Source of the DNA: Chthoniobacterales bacterium
GTDB taxonomy: Bacteria; Verrucomicrobiota; Verrucomicrobiia; Chthoniobacterales; UBA10450
Assembly (NCBI GenBank): GCA_038229295.1
Contig: JBBROO010000005.1
Coordinates: 30,514-94,513, forward strand
DNA: 64,000 bases
Direction of reading: 5' to 3'
Shown: one piece after another, positions 27,973 to 38,260 of the stretch
Layout: the number at the start of each line of letters is the position of its first letter
Position numbering within the stretch: the stretch's first letter is position 1
Notes under the pieces: generated by a model
What the model saw: only the letters and a program-made list of their open reading frames with translations
Told to the model about the DNA's origin: nothing
Database searches by the model: none
Program-made: the position numbers and the translations under genes

Positions 27973-28911
27973 ATGAAAACAAAGCGCGCGAAAGAAATTT
28001 ACACGCTGGTTGATTTGCAGAAAGGGGCGGATCTCGATCCACCGATTCGCCTCGGTGTTCTGGGCGATCCGGTCGCGCACTCGCTTTCGCCGCAAATGCA
28101 AAACGCTGCGCTGAAACAGTGCAAGATCGACAAGGAGTATGCGCGGTTTCAGATTTCGGCTAACGAATTGTCTGAAGCGCTGCAGCTGATTCGCGAACAC
28201 GATTTCGTTGGCGTAAATCTAACCGTGCCGCACAAAATCACGGCGCTTCCGTTTCTCGACGAAGTCGATGACAACGCAAAACGCATCGGCGCCGCAAACA
28301 CCATCAAGATCGACAATGGAAAGCTGCGCGGTTTCAACACAGACGGAAAAGGATTCAGCCGCGCCATCCGCGAAGAGTTCGCTGTCGATCTTCGCGATTT
28401 GCGCGTGATGATCCTCGGTGCCGGCGGTGCTGCGCGCGCCATCGCATTGCAATGCGCGAAGGAACATTGCGAGCGTCTCGTCATTGCCAATCGCGCTTTC
28501 GACAAAGCCAAAGCGTTAAGCGAAGAACTGCGCGAATTTTTCGTTGGCCCGAAAGTGCTCGGCCCGGTTCCGCGTCTTCAAGCAATCCCGTGGGAAGAGA
28601 GCGCGCTGCGTTTCCAAATAGGAAATGTCGATCTCGTCGTCAATGCCACGGCGATGGGATTGAATGCGAGCGATGCGTCGCCGATTCCGTCGCGATTGCT
28701 CGAGCCGCACCTGATGATTTACGACACCGTTTATGCTGAAACGCGCACCGCATTTCTCGCTGCCGCGAACGAGGCCGGCGCGCGGGCGGCGAGTGGATTG
28801 TCGATGTTACTGCATCAAGGCGCGCTCGCGTTCGAGATTTGGTTTGGCCGCGAAGCGCCGCTCGATGTGATGCGACGCGCTCTGGTGGAACGCGATCTCC
28901 GAGCGCGTTGA
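27973..28911 (+). CDS. aroE: shikimate dehydrogenase
   Basis: Start trimmed to MKTKRAKE (tracked ORF reads through the repeat); GDPVAHSLSPQMQN, NLTVPHK, NTDGKGF, ILGAGGAARA motifs. Confidence 0.9.
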   Translation: MKTKRAKEIYTLVDLQKGADLDPPIRLGVLGDPVAHSLSPQMQNAALKQCKIDKEYARFQISANELSEALQLIREHDFVGVNLTVPHKITALPFLDEVDDNAKRIGAANTIKIDNGKLRGFNTDGKGFSRAIREEFAVDLRDLRVMILGAGGAARAIALQCAKEHCERLVIANRAFDKAKALSEELREFFVGPKVLGPVPRLQAIPWEESALRFQIGNVDLVVNATAMGLNASDASPIPSRLLEPHLMIYDTVYAETRTAFLAAANEAGARAASGLSMLLHQGALAFEIWFGREAPLDVMRRALVERDLRAR

Positions 28912-28967
28912 CACGCTCACGCGCCTCGCCGCCATTTTTATCATCGCGCCCGGAGGTCGCGATCCAC

Positions 28968-29771
28968 CTATTGATTTTCGCGCGCCATTTCTTCGGCGCG
29001 CTTCACAGCGGCTTCGACCGCTGCGATTAATCCGTCGCTTGTTTTCAATTTGTCCATCGCGGCGAGACCGGCGGCGGTGGTGCCGCCCGGCGTCACAACC
29101 ATTTTTCTCAATTCTTCCGGCGACATTTTTGTTTCTTTCGCGAGATGCGCGGCGCCAAGAACGGTTTGCGTGGCCAGCGCGAGCGCGTCTTGCGCAGCCA
29201 ACCCCATTTTCTCGCCGCCTTTCGCGAGCGACTCGATCACGGTGTAAACAAATGCCGGTCCACTTCCGGACAACGCCGTGACGGCGTCGATCTGCTCTTC
29301 TCCAATTTCAACGACCACGCCGATCGCGCTAAAAATTGTCCGTGCAAGATCGACATCTTCATTTGTGGACCGCGACCCACGAGCAATCGCGGTCGCCGCC
29401 TGACAAATCGCCGACGGCGTGTTCGTCAGCGCGCGCATCAAGCGCGCCTGGCAAACCGATTCCATCGCTTGCAATCGAGTTCCGGCCGCGAGCGAAATGA
29501 CAAGTTTGTCCGCGACCGGAATTTCCCGTAGCACCGACAACACGATTCCGGGTTTTACGCCCACGAAAACAACTTCGGCTTTCTGGGCGACTTCCGCATT
29601 GTCGGCCGAGAAAACAAAATCGACATCTTCACTCAGCGCGGCGCGCGCTTGTTCGTTAGGCTCGCTCGCGATGATTTCACTCGGCGAACAAAATTTCGCG
29701 CGCACCAAACCGCGAATGACCGAGCCGGCCAGTTTGCCCGCGCCGATGAAGCCGAGCCGATAATTCTCCAT
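28968..29771 (-). CDS. proC: pyrroline-5-carboxylate reductase
   Basis: Start trimmed to MENYRLGFIGAGKLAGS (Rossmann fold); C-terminal VVTPGGTTAAGL motif. Confidence 0.9.
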   Translation of the reverse strand: MENYRLGFIGAGKLAGSVIRGLVRAKFCSPSEIIASEPNEQARAALSEDVDFVFSADNAEVAQKAEVVFVGVKPGIVLSVLREIPVADKLVISLAAGTRLQAMESVCQARLMRALTNTPSAICQAATAIARGSRSTNEDVDLARTIFSAIGVVVEIGEEQIDAVTALSGSGPAFVYTVIESLAKGGEKMGLAAQDALALATQTVLGAAHLAKETKMSPEELRKMVVTPGGTTAAGLAAMDKLKTSDGLIAAVEAAVKRAEEMARENQ

Positions 29772-29777
29772 GCGTCG

Positions 29778-29885
29778 GTCATCCTGAACGAGGTGAAGGA
29801 CCTCGCACAAGCTGATTGATCACGCTGCGTTGCGGACGTGTGCCAGGTTCCATCGGTGAGGTCCCTCGCGCGGCTCGGGATGACA
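29778..29885. repeat. REP/MITE-like inverted-repeat element, copy 3
   Basis: GTCATCCTGAACGAGGTGAAGGACCTCGCA ... GTGAGGTCCCTCGCGCGGCTCGGGATGACA in the divergent proC/nadA gap. Confidence 0.8.
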
Positions 29886-29915
29886 ACGAGAACTTTGGCG
29901 CGGATAATAAGATCC

Positions 29916-30854
29916 ATGGTAAGTCTGGCTGTCGATCTTGCGAAGGAGTTGCGCGAGCTGAAACGCGAACGCAATGCCGTCATCCTGGCGCACAACTATC
30001 AGGTCGCGGAATTACAGGACGTGGCCGATTATGTTGGCGATTCGTTAGGCCTGAGTTATCAGGCACAAAAGACCGACGCCGATGTCATTTTGTTTTGCGG
30101 CGTCCATTTCATGGCCGAGACGGCGAAGATTCTCAATCCGACCAAGCGGGTGATCCTGCCTGATCTCGATGCCGGGTGTTCGTTATCGGAATCGTGTCCG
30201 CCGGAAAAATTGAAAGCGTTTTTGGAAAAGAACGCCGACAAGAATTATTACGTCATCGCTTACATCAATTGCAGCGCGGGCGTGAAGGCGCTGGCCGATG
30301 TCATTTGCACGAGCGGGAATGCGGACAAGATCGTGCGCGCGGCGCCGCAAGATCGACATCTACTCTTCGTGCCCGATCAAAACCTTGGCGCGTGGGTGAT
30401 GGAACGCACCGGACGCAAAATGGATCTGTGGCAGGGGAATTGTTACATCCATGTCGAGTTTACCGCGCGCAGCATCAGCAAGATTCGCGAAGAATATCCG
30501 AGCGCGCCAGTGGTCGCGCACCCGGAATGCACTTACGCCGTGCGCATGCTCGCGGACGAAGTTTGCTCGACTGAAAAGATGGTGACTTTTTGCAAGAACT
30601 CGCCGGCGCGCGAAATAATCATCGTGACCGAAGCGGGAATGTTGCACCGATTACAAAAAGAAATTCCCGACAAGATTTTCATTCCGGGGCCGACCGACAA
30701 TTGTTTCTGCGGCGAATGTCGATTCATGAAAATGAACACGCTGGAAAAAGCATATCGCGCGCTTTTGAATATGGAGCCGGAAATTATTTTGCCGGAACCG
30801 CTGCGCAAACAGGCGGAAGCGCCGATCCTGCGGATGCTTGAACTGAGCCGCTGA
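29916..30854 (+). CDS. nadA: quinolinate synthase
   Basis: Start trimmed to MVSLAVDLAKE; ILAHNYQ, FCGVHFMAETAKIL, conserved Cys ligands for the 4Fe-4S cluster. Confidence 0.9.
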   Translation: MVSLAVDLAKELRELKRERNAVILAHNYQVAELQDVADYVGDSLGLSYQAQKTDADVILFCGVHFMAETAKILNPTKRVILPDLDAGCSLSESCPPEKLKAFLEKNADKNYYVIAYINCSAGVKALADVICTSGNADKIVRAAPQDRHLLFVPDQNLGAWVMERTGRKMDLWQGNCYIHVEFTARSISKIREEYPSAPVVAHPECTYAVRMLADEVCSTEKMVTFCKNSPAREIIIVTEAGMLHRLQKEIPDKIFIPGPTDNCFCGECRFMKMNTLEKAYRALLNMEPEIILPEPLRKQAEAPILRMLELSR

Positions 30855-30915
30855 CGCGGCCAGTGACAGATCATGAGCGACGAGTGGCGAGTGATAAGAA
30901 AAAACGGGATTAATC

Positions 30916-32169
30916 TTGTCACTTGTCACTCGTCACTTTTCACTTCTGCGGATGGAACGACCGTCGATCTGGCTCATGCTCGCAATCGTGCTGGCCAGTC
31001 TCCTGTTTCTGCGCGAGCCGCGACTGCAGCGATACGACGAGCGGTTTCTGCGCTGGCTTCTCCGAAATTCTCCGCCGCATGTCGCTACGATTCCGTTAAC
31101 CGTGGTCGAGTTGGGGACCGACCCGTTAGTCAACAAGGAAGGCGCGGCCAAAACCACCGTGACCCCGCTCGAATTCTCGCTCTTTCTCCAAGGCGCTCTC
31201 GAATTCAAGCCGACCGTGGTGGCGTTCGAACCGGTCCTGCAATTTCGCGAGTCGAGCAAAGACCAGGAGCAGATTTTTGTCGATCAAGCGATGCACGTTC
31301 CGAAATTGCTCGTCGCAGCGGAACTCACCGACACGCCGGACCTCGATGCGCCGGTCACGGAGATACCCGGCTTCACGCAGGTGACGGGACGGCGCGGCGA
31401 TCTGCCGGTGTTTTCCGGAGTCGCGCGGCAACCCGATGAAGATATTCGATTGATCTCCACTCTCGGTTTTGTCAACACGCCTAACGAGGTCAGCGACGAA
31501 ATCCATATGCCGCTGCTTTTTCAATATCGCGGCGAGATTATTCCTTCCTTTGCTTTACAGGCGGCCATGCTTTGGATGCGCATCACGCCAGCCGAAGTGA
31601 AGATCGACATCGGATCGTTCATCACATTCCCGAACGGGAAAAAGATTCCGATCCGTTCCGACGGGACGGCTTTGATTAATCCGAACTCGGCCAAGCGCGC
31701 GCGCCATCTCAGTCTGAACGAGCTCCTCCTGGCGGCGCAGCAACACGAAAAGAAAGCGTCGGCTGCGTCCGAGTTCGCCAGCATCGGCGACGACATCGTT
31801 CTGGCGAGGGTTGCCCGCGAGGTCCGCTATTCGCCTGGTAATCTCGCCGCCACCATCGCCACGATTCAATCGAACTCGTTCGTAAAGCGCGTGAGTTGGG
31901 TTTTCGATTGCGCTTACATTTTGGCGCTCGTCGTCCTCAGCGGCATCGTGCGCCGCTTTTCGCGCATCGACATTGTGTTGATGACGCTCGCGCTCACGGC
32001 GGCGTATTGCCTGGTCGCGCTCATGCTGGTGTCACGTTCGTTCATTTGGCTGCCAGGCGTTTTGCCGCTGAGCGCGACATGGCTGGTGGCGGCATTTTGC
32101 CTGTTCGCGCCGCGGAGTAAAAACGATCCCGACTTGCCGACAGTCGCGCCGTCGCCGCCATCGCTTTAG
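30916..32169 (+). CDS. CHASE2-like sensor membrane protein without an output domain
   Basis: N-terminal TM, periplasmic region with CHASE2-like blocks (LTVVELGTD, GFVN...PSFALQAA), three C-terminal TM helices, protein ends directly after them. Confidence 0.5.
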   Translation: MSLVTRHFSLLRMERPSIWLMLAIVLASLLFLREPRLQRYDERFLRWLLRNSPPHVATIPLTVVELGTDPLVNKEGAAKTTVTPLEFSLFLQGALEFKPTVVAFEPVLQFRESSKDQEQIFVDQAMHVPKLLVAAELTDTPDLDAPVTEIPGFTQVTGRRGDLPVFSGVARQPDEDIRLISTLGFVNTPNEVSDEIHMPLLFQYRGEIIPSFALQAAMLWMRITPAEVKIDIGSFITFPNGKKIPIRSDGTALINPNSAKRARHLSLNELLLAAQQHEKKASAASEFASIGDDIVLARVAREVRYSPGNLAATIATIQSNSFVKRVSWVFDCAYILALVVLSGIVRRFSRIDIVLMTLALTAAYCLVALMLVSRSFIWLPGVLPLSATWLVAAFCLFAPRSKNDPDLPTVAPSPPSL

Positions 32170-32211
32170 ATTGCGCGATGTCCCTCGGATATCGAACGGC
32201 GCATCGCGCGC

Positions 32212-33213
32212 TTGCACGCACCGGGAATTGTCGATCTTCACTTCGATCTTCCCATGGATCTGTATGAGAAGCGGAATCGCGGCGGCGCTCTTGCGTCGCA
32301 TTATCTGCCGGAATTTGAAGCCGGCGACATCGGCGTGATCGGCGCCGCCATTTATGTCGAGGATCGCTACATGCCCGAGCTGGCACTGCGGGTCGGCCTC
32401 GATCAAATCGCGCAACTGTATGCGGAAGTCGAAAAGACGGAGCGCTTCGCCATTTGCAAAACGCACGACGACATCGAGCGCGCGCGCGGGGCCGGCAAAA
32501 TCGCGTTGCTCATCACGATGGAAGGGGTGGAGCCGTTAGGCGACGATTTGAATTTACTGCGCGTGTTTTATGAATTGGGCGTGCGCGTTATCGGTCTGAC
32601 TCATGCGCGCCGCAACGCCGCCGGCAGCGGCGGCATTTTTGCTGCGACCGGTTCATCGCGCGACGGGCTCACTGCTTTCGGTCGCGATGTTGTCCGGGAA
32701 TGCGAACGGCTTGGCGTGATTGTCGATCTTGCCCACATCAATCCGAAAGGCTTCGAAGAGATTGTCGATCTTACGACGAAGCCGCTCATCGTTTCACATA
32801 CCAACGCGCGAAAATTCCACGACATCGAGCGCAACATCAGCGACGAGCAGATCAAAGCGATCGGCCAACGCGGTGGAGTCATCGGCCTCAACGCCATCCT
32901 GGTTAGCGCGAGCCAGGAGCAGAGCACGCTCGATCATTACGTCGATCACATCGCGTATGTCATCGGGCTCATCGGCATCGACTGTGTCGGAATCGGATTC
33001 GATTTTTGCGAATATCTTTTCACCCAACTGCCGGCGTCGGTGCGCGAGGAACTCGCGGCCAAACTTACGAAGCCGTATTTTATTCCCGAGCTGACGAACC
33101 ACAGCCACGCGCGAAATCTGACGCGCAAATTGATCGAGCGCGGATTCGATGACGAGCAAATCGAAAAGATCTTGTTTCGAAATTGGATGCGGATTTTGCA
33201 GGACCTGCTCTAG
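32212..33213 (+). CDS. membrane dipeptidase (peptidase family M19)
   Basis: VDLHFDLP, IVDLAH and VSHTNAR metal-ligand blocks; TTG start. Confidence 0.8.
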   Translation: MHAPGIVDLHFDLPMDLYEKRNRGGALASHYLPEFEAGDIGVIGAAIYVEDRYMPELALRVGLDQIAQLYAEVEKTERFAICKTHDDIERARGAGKIALLITMEGVEPLGDDLNLLRVFYELGVRVIGLTHARRNAAGSGGIFAATGSSRDGLTAFGRDVVRECERLGVIVDLAHINPKGFEEIVDLTTKPLIVSHTNARKFHDIERNISDEQIKAIGQRGGVIGLNAILVSASQEQSTLDHYVDHIAYVIGLIGIDCVGIGFDFCEYLFTQLPASVREELAAKLTKPYFIPELTNHSHARNLTRKLIERGFDDEQIEKILFRNWMRILQDLL

Positions 33214-33237
33214 CTGTTTGGCAGCGAGGGATCGGAT

Positions 33238-34614
33238 TTGAAGTTCCTTAATTTGACTCGGCGCACGGAGATCGGCGCGAACTCGTACTATTTAGAGGGC
33301 GACGGCTATCGCCTTGTCCTCGACAGCGGGATGCATCCGAAATTCGAAGGCGAAGAGGCGCTGCCGAATTTCAAAGCGCTGCAAGATCGACAACTGGATG
33401 CGGTCATCGTTTCGCACGCGCATCAGGACCACATCGGCACACTGCCGTTATTGATGCGGCGACAGCCGAACGCGCGCGTGTTCATGCCCGAAGCGACGGC
33501 CGCGATCGGCGAAGTGCTTCTGCACAATTCAGTCAACGTCATGACGCGACAGCGCGAAGAACTTGGCGTCGCCCTGTATCCGCTCTTCACCCATCGCGAA
33601 ACGGAACGCGCCACTGATCTGTGGCAATCCTGTCCGACGCGTCAGCGCATTACGCTCGCGGGCGAGCGCGTTCCGGCGCGGGTGAACGATGTCGTGACGT
33701 TTGAATTTTTCGATGCCGGTCACGTGCTCGGCTCCTCCGGAGTCTTGCTGCGCGCACACGAGCAAAACATTTTTTACACCGCGGACGTGAACTTCGACGA
33801 CCAGACGATCATGCAGGCGGCTGTGTTTCCCGAAGACAAGATCGACATCTTGATTATGGAATGCACGCGCGGCGATCACGCGACCGCTCCCGAGTGGACG
33901 CGCGCGGGCGAAGAACAACGTCTGGCCAAAGCCATCGATGAAGCTTTCGCGCGCGGCGGCTGCGTCCTTATTCCAGTGTTCGCGCTCGGCAAAACGCAAG
34001 AGTTGCTCGCGATGCTCTACAAATTTCGCCGCGAAAATATCCTCGGCGATTTCCCGGTTTACATCGGCGGTCTCAGTTCGAAGATGACCGACATTTACGA
34101 TGCACGCGCGAGCATGAGCCGCCGTCAGCTTCCGCGGCTGCAACTGATGAACGAAATTTCGCCCTACATTTTGAATGGCCAAACCATTCACGATGCGCCG
34201 GCGCGCGCGGGCCGCGTTTATGCGCTTTCCAGTGGCATGATGACGGCCAAAACGCTCTCGAACAGTTTTGCCCGGCGCGTGATCGAGAATCCAATGCATT
34301 CGGTTTTCTTTGTCGGCTACGCCGATCCAGAATCGCCGGCTGGAATTTTGCGGGACGCGCAGCCTAACGACGACATCACGCTCGATCCCGAGCAACCGCC
34401 GCAGCGTCTGCGTTGTCACCGCGAACAATTTCAATTCAGCGCGCATGCCTCGCGCGAGTCGCTCATCGCTTACGCCACGAGACTCGCGCCGCAGAAAATC
34501 GTGCTGGTGCATGGCGATCTTTCCGCGGTCGAGTGGATGCGCGCAAAGTTAGTTGTCGATCTTCCGGGAACAGAAGTCATCGTGCCCGCGCCCGGCGTGG
34601 AGATCGAGTTGTGA
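33238..34614 (+). CDS. MBL-fold beta-CASP hydrolase (CPSF/RNase J-like ribonuclease)
   Basis: VIVSHAHQDHIG motif, beta-CASP-like middle region, C-terminal VLVHGD block, 458 aa. Confidence 0.75.
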   Translation: MKFLNLTRRTEIGANSYYLEGDGYRLVLDSGMHPKFEGEEALPNFKALQDRQLDAVIVSHAHQDHIGTLPLLMRRQPNARVFMPEATAAIGEVLLHNSVNVMTRQREELGVALYPLFTHRETERATDLWQSCPTRQRITLAGERVPARVNDVVTFEFFDAGHVLGSSGVLLRAHEQNIFYTADVNFDDQTIMQAAVFPEDKIDILIMECTRGDHATAPEWTRAGEEQRLAKAIDEAFARGGCVLIPVFALGKTQELLAMLYKFRRENILGDFPVYIGGLSSKMTDIYDARASMSRRQLPRLQLMNEISPYILNGQTIHDAPARAGRVYALSSGMMTAKTLSNSFARRVIENPMHSVFFVGYADPESPAGILRDAQPNDDITLDPEQPPQRLRCHREQFQFSAHASRESLIAYATRLAPQKIVLVHGDLSAVEWMRAKLVVDLPGTEVIVPAPGVEIEL

Positions 34615-34629
34615 TTTCCACACGCGCTC

Positions 34630-34744
34630 TGTCATCCCGAACCGCGAAGACGGTGAGGGACCTCACATCTGTCTATCGGTCACGCAAAGCAAACTGCGTG
34701 ACCCATCACCGACTGGGAGATTGTTCGCCTTGCTCACAATGACA
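34630..34744. repeat. REP/MITE-like inverted-repeat element, copy 4 (right arm degenerate)
   Basis: TGTCATCCCGAACCGCGAAGACGGTGAGGGACCTCACA ... GGGAGATTGTTCGCCTTGCTCACAATGACA; inner hairpin GGTCACGCA..TGCGTGACC. Confidence 0.7.
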
Positions 34745-34749
34745 AGCGT

Positions 34750-35514
34750 GTGAAAATTGCCTCCTGGAATATCAATTCGCTTCGCAAACGCCAGGAGCGA
34801 CTGTTCGCCTGGTTGGAAGAAACAAAGCCGGACGTAGTTTGTCTGCAGGAAACGAAGTGCACGGACGAACAGTTTCCCGAGCTGGCGCTAAAAGCGGCCG
34901 GCTATCATTCCGCATTTCAAGGCGAGAAATCTTACAACGGCGTCGCGATTCTCTCGAAGAGTCCGCCGCAAGATATGCGGACATCGTTAGGCGATGAAGT
35001 TGTCGATCCACAAACGCGCTTTATCTCCGCTAAGATCGACAAGGTGCGCATCTATTCGATCTACGCGCCGAATGGGCAGGCCGTTGGTTCGCCCGCCTAC
35101 GAATACAAATTGAATTGGTATCGCCGGCTGCGCGATTGCCTAACGAAAGAAGATGTCGATCTTATGGTCGTGTGTGGCGATTTCAATGTCGCGCCGGAAG
35201 ATGCCGATGTGCACGACCCGGATTTGTGGCGCGGCGCGATCATGTGCTCGGAAGGCGAACGCAAAGCGTTTCGCGAAATGTGCGATGTCGATCTTGTCGA
35301 CACTTTGCGCATTCATCACCCGGAAGGCGGGCTGTTCACGTTGTGGGATTACCGCATGCTCGCGTTTCCGAAAAATCGTGGTTTGCGCATCGACGCGGTG
35401 CTCGCGAACAAAGCGCTCGCGAAAAAATGCGCCGCGTCAGGAATTGATCGTGACATGCGCAAAGGGAAAGAGCCTTCCGATCACGCGCCAATCTGGGCAG
35501 AATTCACGATATGA
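34750..35514 (+). CDS. xth: exodeoxyribonuclease III
   Basis: KIASWNINSLRKR, LQETK, and C-terminal SDHAPIW motifs; GTG start. Confidence 0.9.
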   Translation: MKIASWNINSLRKRQERLFAWLEETKPDVVCLQETKCTDEQFPELALKAAGYHSAFQGEKSYNGVAILSKSPPQDMRTSLGDEVVDPQTRFISAKIDKVRIYSIYAPNGQAVGSPAYEYKLNWYRRLRDCLTKEDVDLMVVCGDFNVAPEDADVHDPDLWRGAIMCSEGERKAFREMCDVDLVDTLRIHHPEGGLFTLWDYRMLAFPKNRGLRIDAVLANKALAKKCAASGIDRDMRKGKEPSDHAPIWAEFTI

Positions 35515-35879
35515 GAGTTTCGAATCCGCCGGCGAAGCCGCTTTTGATCTGGGATGGCGATTGTCGATTTTGCCGGCGTTGGATCGAGCGCTGGCAACGG
35601 ATCACGATGGGCCAGGTTGATTACGTGACCTCGCAGGAAATCGGGAATCGATTTGCAGAAATAACACGCGAGCAATTTCGCGAGTCGGTGGTTTACATCG
35701 AGAACAACGGCGAAGTTTTTTTCGCGGCGGCCGCGGTGTTTCGTTCGTTACGATGTCGATCTTCGCACCGATGGTTGTGGTGGAGTTACGAACATGTTCC
35801 CGGGTTCGCCGCGATCTCGGAATTCTTTTACAAGATCGTGGCGCGAAATCGCGAAATCGTCTCCAAGGTTATCCCGTGA
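35511..35879 (+). CDS. DCC-family thiol-disulfide oxidoreductase (DUF393)
   Basis: WDGDCRFCRRW motif near the N-terminus; ATGA overlap with xth. Confidence 0.7.
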   Translation: MRVSNPPAKPLLIWDGDCRFCRRWIERWQRITMGQVDYVTSQEIGNRFAEITREQFRESVVYIENNGEVFFAAAAVFRSLRCRSSHRWLWWSYEHVPGFAAISEFFYKIVARNREIVSKVIP

Positions 35880-36017
35880 ACGGCAGCCGGAAGTATTGCC
35901 GTTGAGATCTTATAAGCGCAACTTATGTGCGAATTTCGTTTTCATTCTAGAGACGAGCGTTTGCCGAAAGGGCAAATCGCGCGGATAGTTGGAACGAAAA
36001 TTTAACTGGAGAGTATC

Positions 36018-36317
36018 ATGGCTGAAGAAAACAAAACGAATCAACGCACCACTGGGATGGCGAGCACCGCCGGCCCGCAAGACAAACTCGAAAGCAGCAA
36101 AACTCACGCAAGACAGGCGGCGGAGGATTTGCGCTCGGCCGCGGGCGCCGTGGCCACGGACTATCGCGATAAGGCGGAGCAGGTCTGGGATGACGCGCGC
36201 GACCGCGCCCGTACGTTTCAAGACGACGCCGAGCAATACGTGCGCGAAAACCCAACCAAGGCAGTCGTGACTGCGCTAGGAATCGGTTTCGTGCTCGGAA
36301 TGATTTTCCGGCGTTAG
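36018..36317 (+). CDS. DUF883/ElaB-YqjD family tail-anchored stress protein
   Basis: 99 aa, charged helical N-part and C-terminal TM ALGIGFVLGMIFRR; TAG stop lies within a CGTTAGG word. Confidence 0.75.
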   Translation: MAEENKTNQRTTGMASTAGPQDKLESSKTHARQAAEDLRSAAGAVATDYRDKAEQVWDDARDRARTFQDDAEQYVRENPTKAVVTALGIGFVLGMIFRR

Positions 36318-36328
36318 GCGCCGAATAA

Positions 36329-36757
36329 ATGATCGGCGAGATGCGCTCCCGCAATCCGGCGGGACGTAGCGGATTATTTCCGAACTTGTTCGCGCTCGCG
36401 AACGGGCTGGCGACATTCGCCGAGAGTCGGCTCGCGCTTTTCCTCAAGGAATCAAAAGGCGCGATCGCGCAATTGCTCGTGCTGGCCGCGTGTCTGATCG
36501 CGGCGTTGTTGCTGATCGCACTCGGGTATGTGTTTTTGGTAGCGACGGCCATAGTCGCCATCGCGCATGCCGCGGGAATTTCTTGGGAATGGACAGCGCT
36601 GATGGCCGCCGGCGTGCATTTTCTTCTCGCGCTCGTTTGTCTCCTCATTGCGCGCAGTCGGCTGACGAAACGTCCGTATCTCGAAACTGCGGCGGAATTG
36701 AAGAAGGACCGTGAATGGCTAAAAAATCTCGACCAAGCAAGCCGGCCGACGAATTAA
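36329..36757 (+). CDS. YqjE-like / holin-X family membrane protein
   Basis: 142 aa, two long TM helices, position after the DUF883 gene as in the yqjD-yqjE-yqjK arrangement. Confidence 0.5.
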   Translation: MIGEMRSRNPAGRSGLFPNLFALANGLATFAESRLALFLKESKGAIAQLLVLAACLIAALLLIALGYVFLVATAIVAIAHAAGISWEWTALMAAGVHFLLALVCLLIARSRLTKRPYLETAAELKKDREWLKNLDQASRPTN

Positions 36758-37107
36758 AAATCGAAATCGCGCGTTCGCGGGATCAGATCGCGCGCGATTT
36801 TCGCGGGTTGCGTTACGAGCTGGATATTCCGCGGCGGATTCGGCGCTCGTTTCGCCAGCAAACCCCGGTGTGGATCGGTGCGGCGGTGGCGGTGGGCGCG
36901 CTTTTGGTGTTGTTGCCGATGCGGAAGAAAAAAGTTTATGTCGATGCCAGAACGGGCGGCAAAGGTAAGCAAAAGGTAGCGCAGGCTGGATTTGCATTGG
37001 CCGCGGCCAAGCTGGGCGCGAGTTTGTTGAAACCGATCATCATAAAATTTGTTACTCAAAAAATGGGCGGCGGCCGAGTGCCGCACGAGACCGCGGCGAA
37101 ATGGTGA
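36715..37107 (+). CDS. hypothetical membrane protein (YqjK-like position)
   Basis: 130 aa, one central TM helix, basic; 43-nt overlap with the preceding ORF makes the start uncertain. Confidence 0.4.
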   Translation: MAKKSRPSKPADELKIEIARSRDQIARDFRGLRYELDIPRRIRRSFRQQTPVWIGAAVAVGALLVLLPMRKKKVYVDARTGGKGKQKVAQAGFALAAAKLGASLLKPIIIKFVTQKMGGGRVPHETAAKW

Positions 37108-37160
37108 CACGGTTTTGAGTTTACGGGCGGGGCGTTGGGCGTGATGATTTCGGCGCGCTC

Positions 37161-38258
37161 ATGACGGCAAAAGCAAAGTCTGCCTCATCCCATCCGTTAG
37201 GCCATGTCGATCAGTATCTCGCCGTGGGACAACAAGCCGGCGCGTCCGACATTCATCTTGGAGTCAATGCGCCGCCGCTCTGGCGATTGCATGGCACTCT
37301 GCAGCCGATCTGGCCCGACGCGCCGCGTTTGACCAGCGCGGACACGCTTGCGCTGGCGGAAGGTTTTCTGGCCGACACGCACAAGACATTATTGAACGAA
37401 CGTGGCGACGCCGATTTCGCCTACGCCAATTCATCCGGGCGATTTCGCACCAGCGTCGTTAGGCAACGCCTCGGTGTCGATCTTGTCTTCCGCATCATCA
37501 ACACCAATGTGCGCACGATGGATGAGCTCGGCTTGCCGGCGCATCTCAAATTGCTGACGCGTTATCAAAACGGCTTGATCCTTGTTACCGGTTCCGTCGG
37601 CAGCGGAAAATCGACCACGCTCGCCTCATTAGTCGAACAAATAAATATCGAGCGACGCGAACACATCATCACACTCGAGGACCCGATCGAGTATGTGTTT
37701 GAACCGAAAGGTTGTCACATCACGCAACGCGAAGTGCACACGCACACACGCTCATTCGCGGCGGCATTACGTGGCGCACTGCGCGAAGATCCGGACGTGA
37801 TTATGGTCGGCGAGATGCGCGATTTGGAAACGATCTCGCTCGCGATTACCGCATCGGAGACCGGACATTTGGTTTTAGGAACGCTCCATACTGGAAATGC
37901 TTCGCGCACACTCGATCGATTGCTCGACGTCTTCCCGGAAGATCAACAGGAACAAATCCGCATCATGGTGAGCGAATCGCTGCGCGGCGTGATCAGCCAG
38001 CAACTCATTCCGAAGATCGACAATCAAGGCCGCGTTCTCGCGCTGGAGACCCTAACGAATACGCCCGCGGTTGCCAACGTCATCCGCGAAGCGAAGACCT
38101 ACATGCTGCCCGGCATCATCCAGACCGGAAAAAAACAAGGCATGCAATTGATGGACGATGCACTTGTCGATCTTGCCGGTCGCGGGCTGATCAGCGCGGA
38201 AGAAGCGCACGCGCGCGCGGAGCAGAAACAGGAAGTGCGAACGCAGCTAAAAATGTAG
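37161..38258 (+). CDS. pilT: type IV pilus twitching-motility (retraction) ATPase PilT
   Basis: 365 aa; Walker A GSVGSGKSTT, VIMVGEMRD, LVLGTLHT, canonical PilT length. Confidence 0.9.
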   Translation: MTAKAKSASSHPLGHVDQYLAVGQQAGASDIHLGVNAPPLWRLHGTLQPIWPDAPRLTSADTLALAEGFLADTHKTLLNERGDADFAYANSSGRFRTSVVRQRLGVDLVFRIINTNVRTMDELGLPAHLKLLTRYQNGLILVTGSVGSGKSTTLASLVEQINIERREHIITLEDPIEYVFEPKGCHITQREVHTHTRSFAAALRGALREDPDVIMVGEMRDLETISLAITASETGHLVLGTLHTGNASRTLDRLLDVFPEDQQEQIRIMVSESLRGVISQQLIPKIDNQGRVLALETLTNTPAVANVIREAKTYMLPGIIQTGKKQGMQLMDDALVDLAGRGLISAEEAHARAEQKQEVRTQLKM

Positions 38259-38260
38259 TC

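Noticed and set aside
37712-38260. 5' half of tracked ORF 37712..39421 (569 aa) overlapping pilT in another frame
   Set aside because: Arg/Gly-rich low-complexity translation typical of an out-of-frame read of GC-rich coding DNA. The PilT-like sequence begins only at MAYLDQF (38261), 2 nt after the pilT stop.
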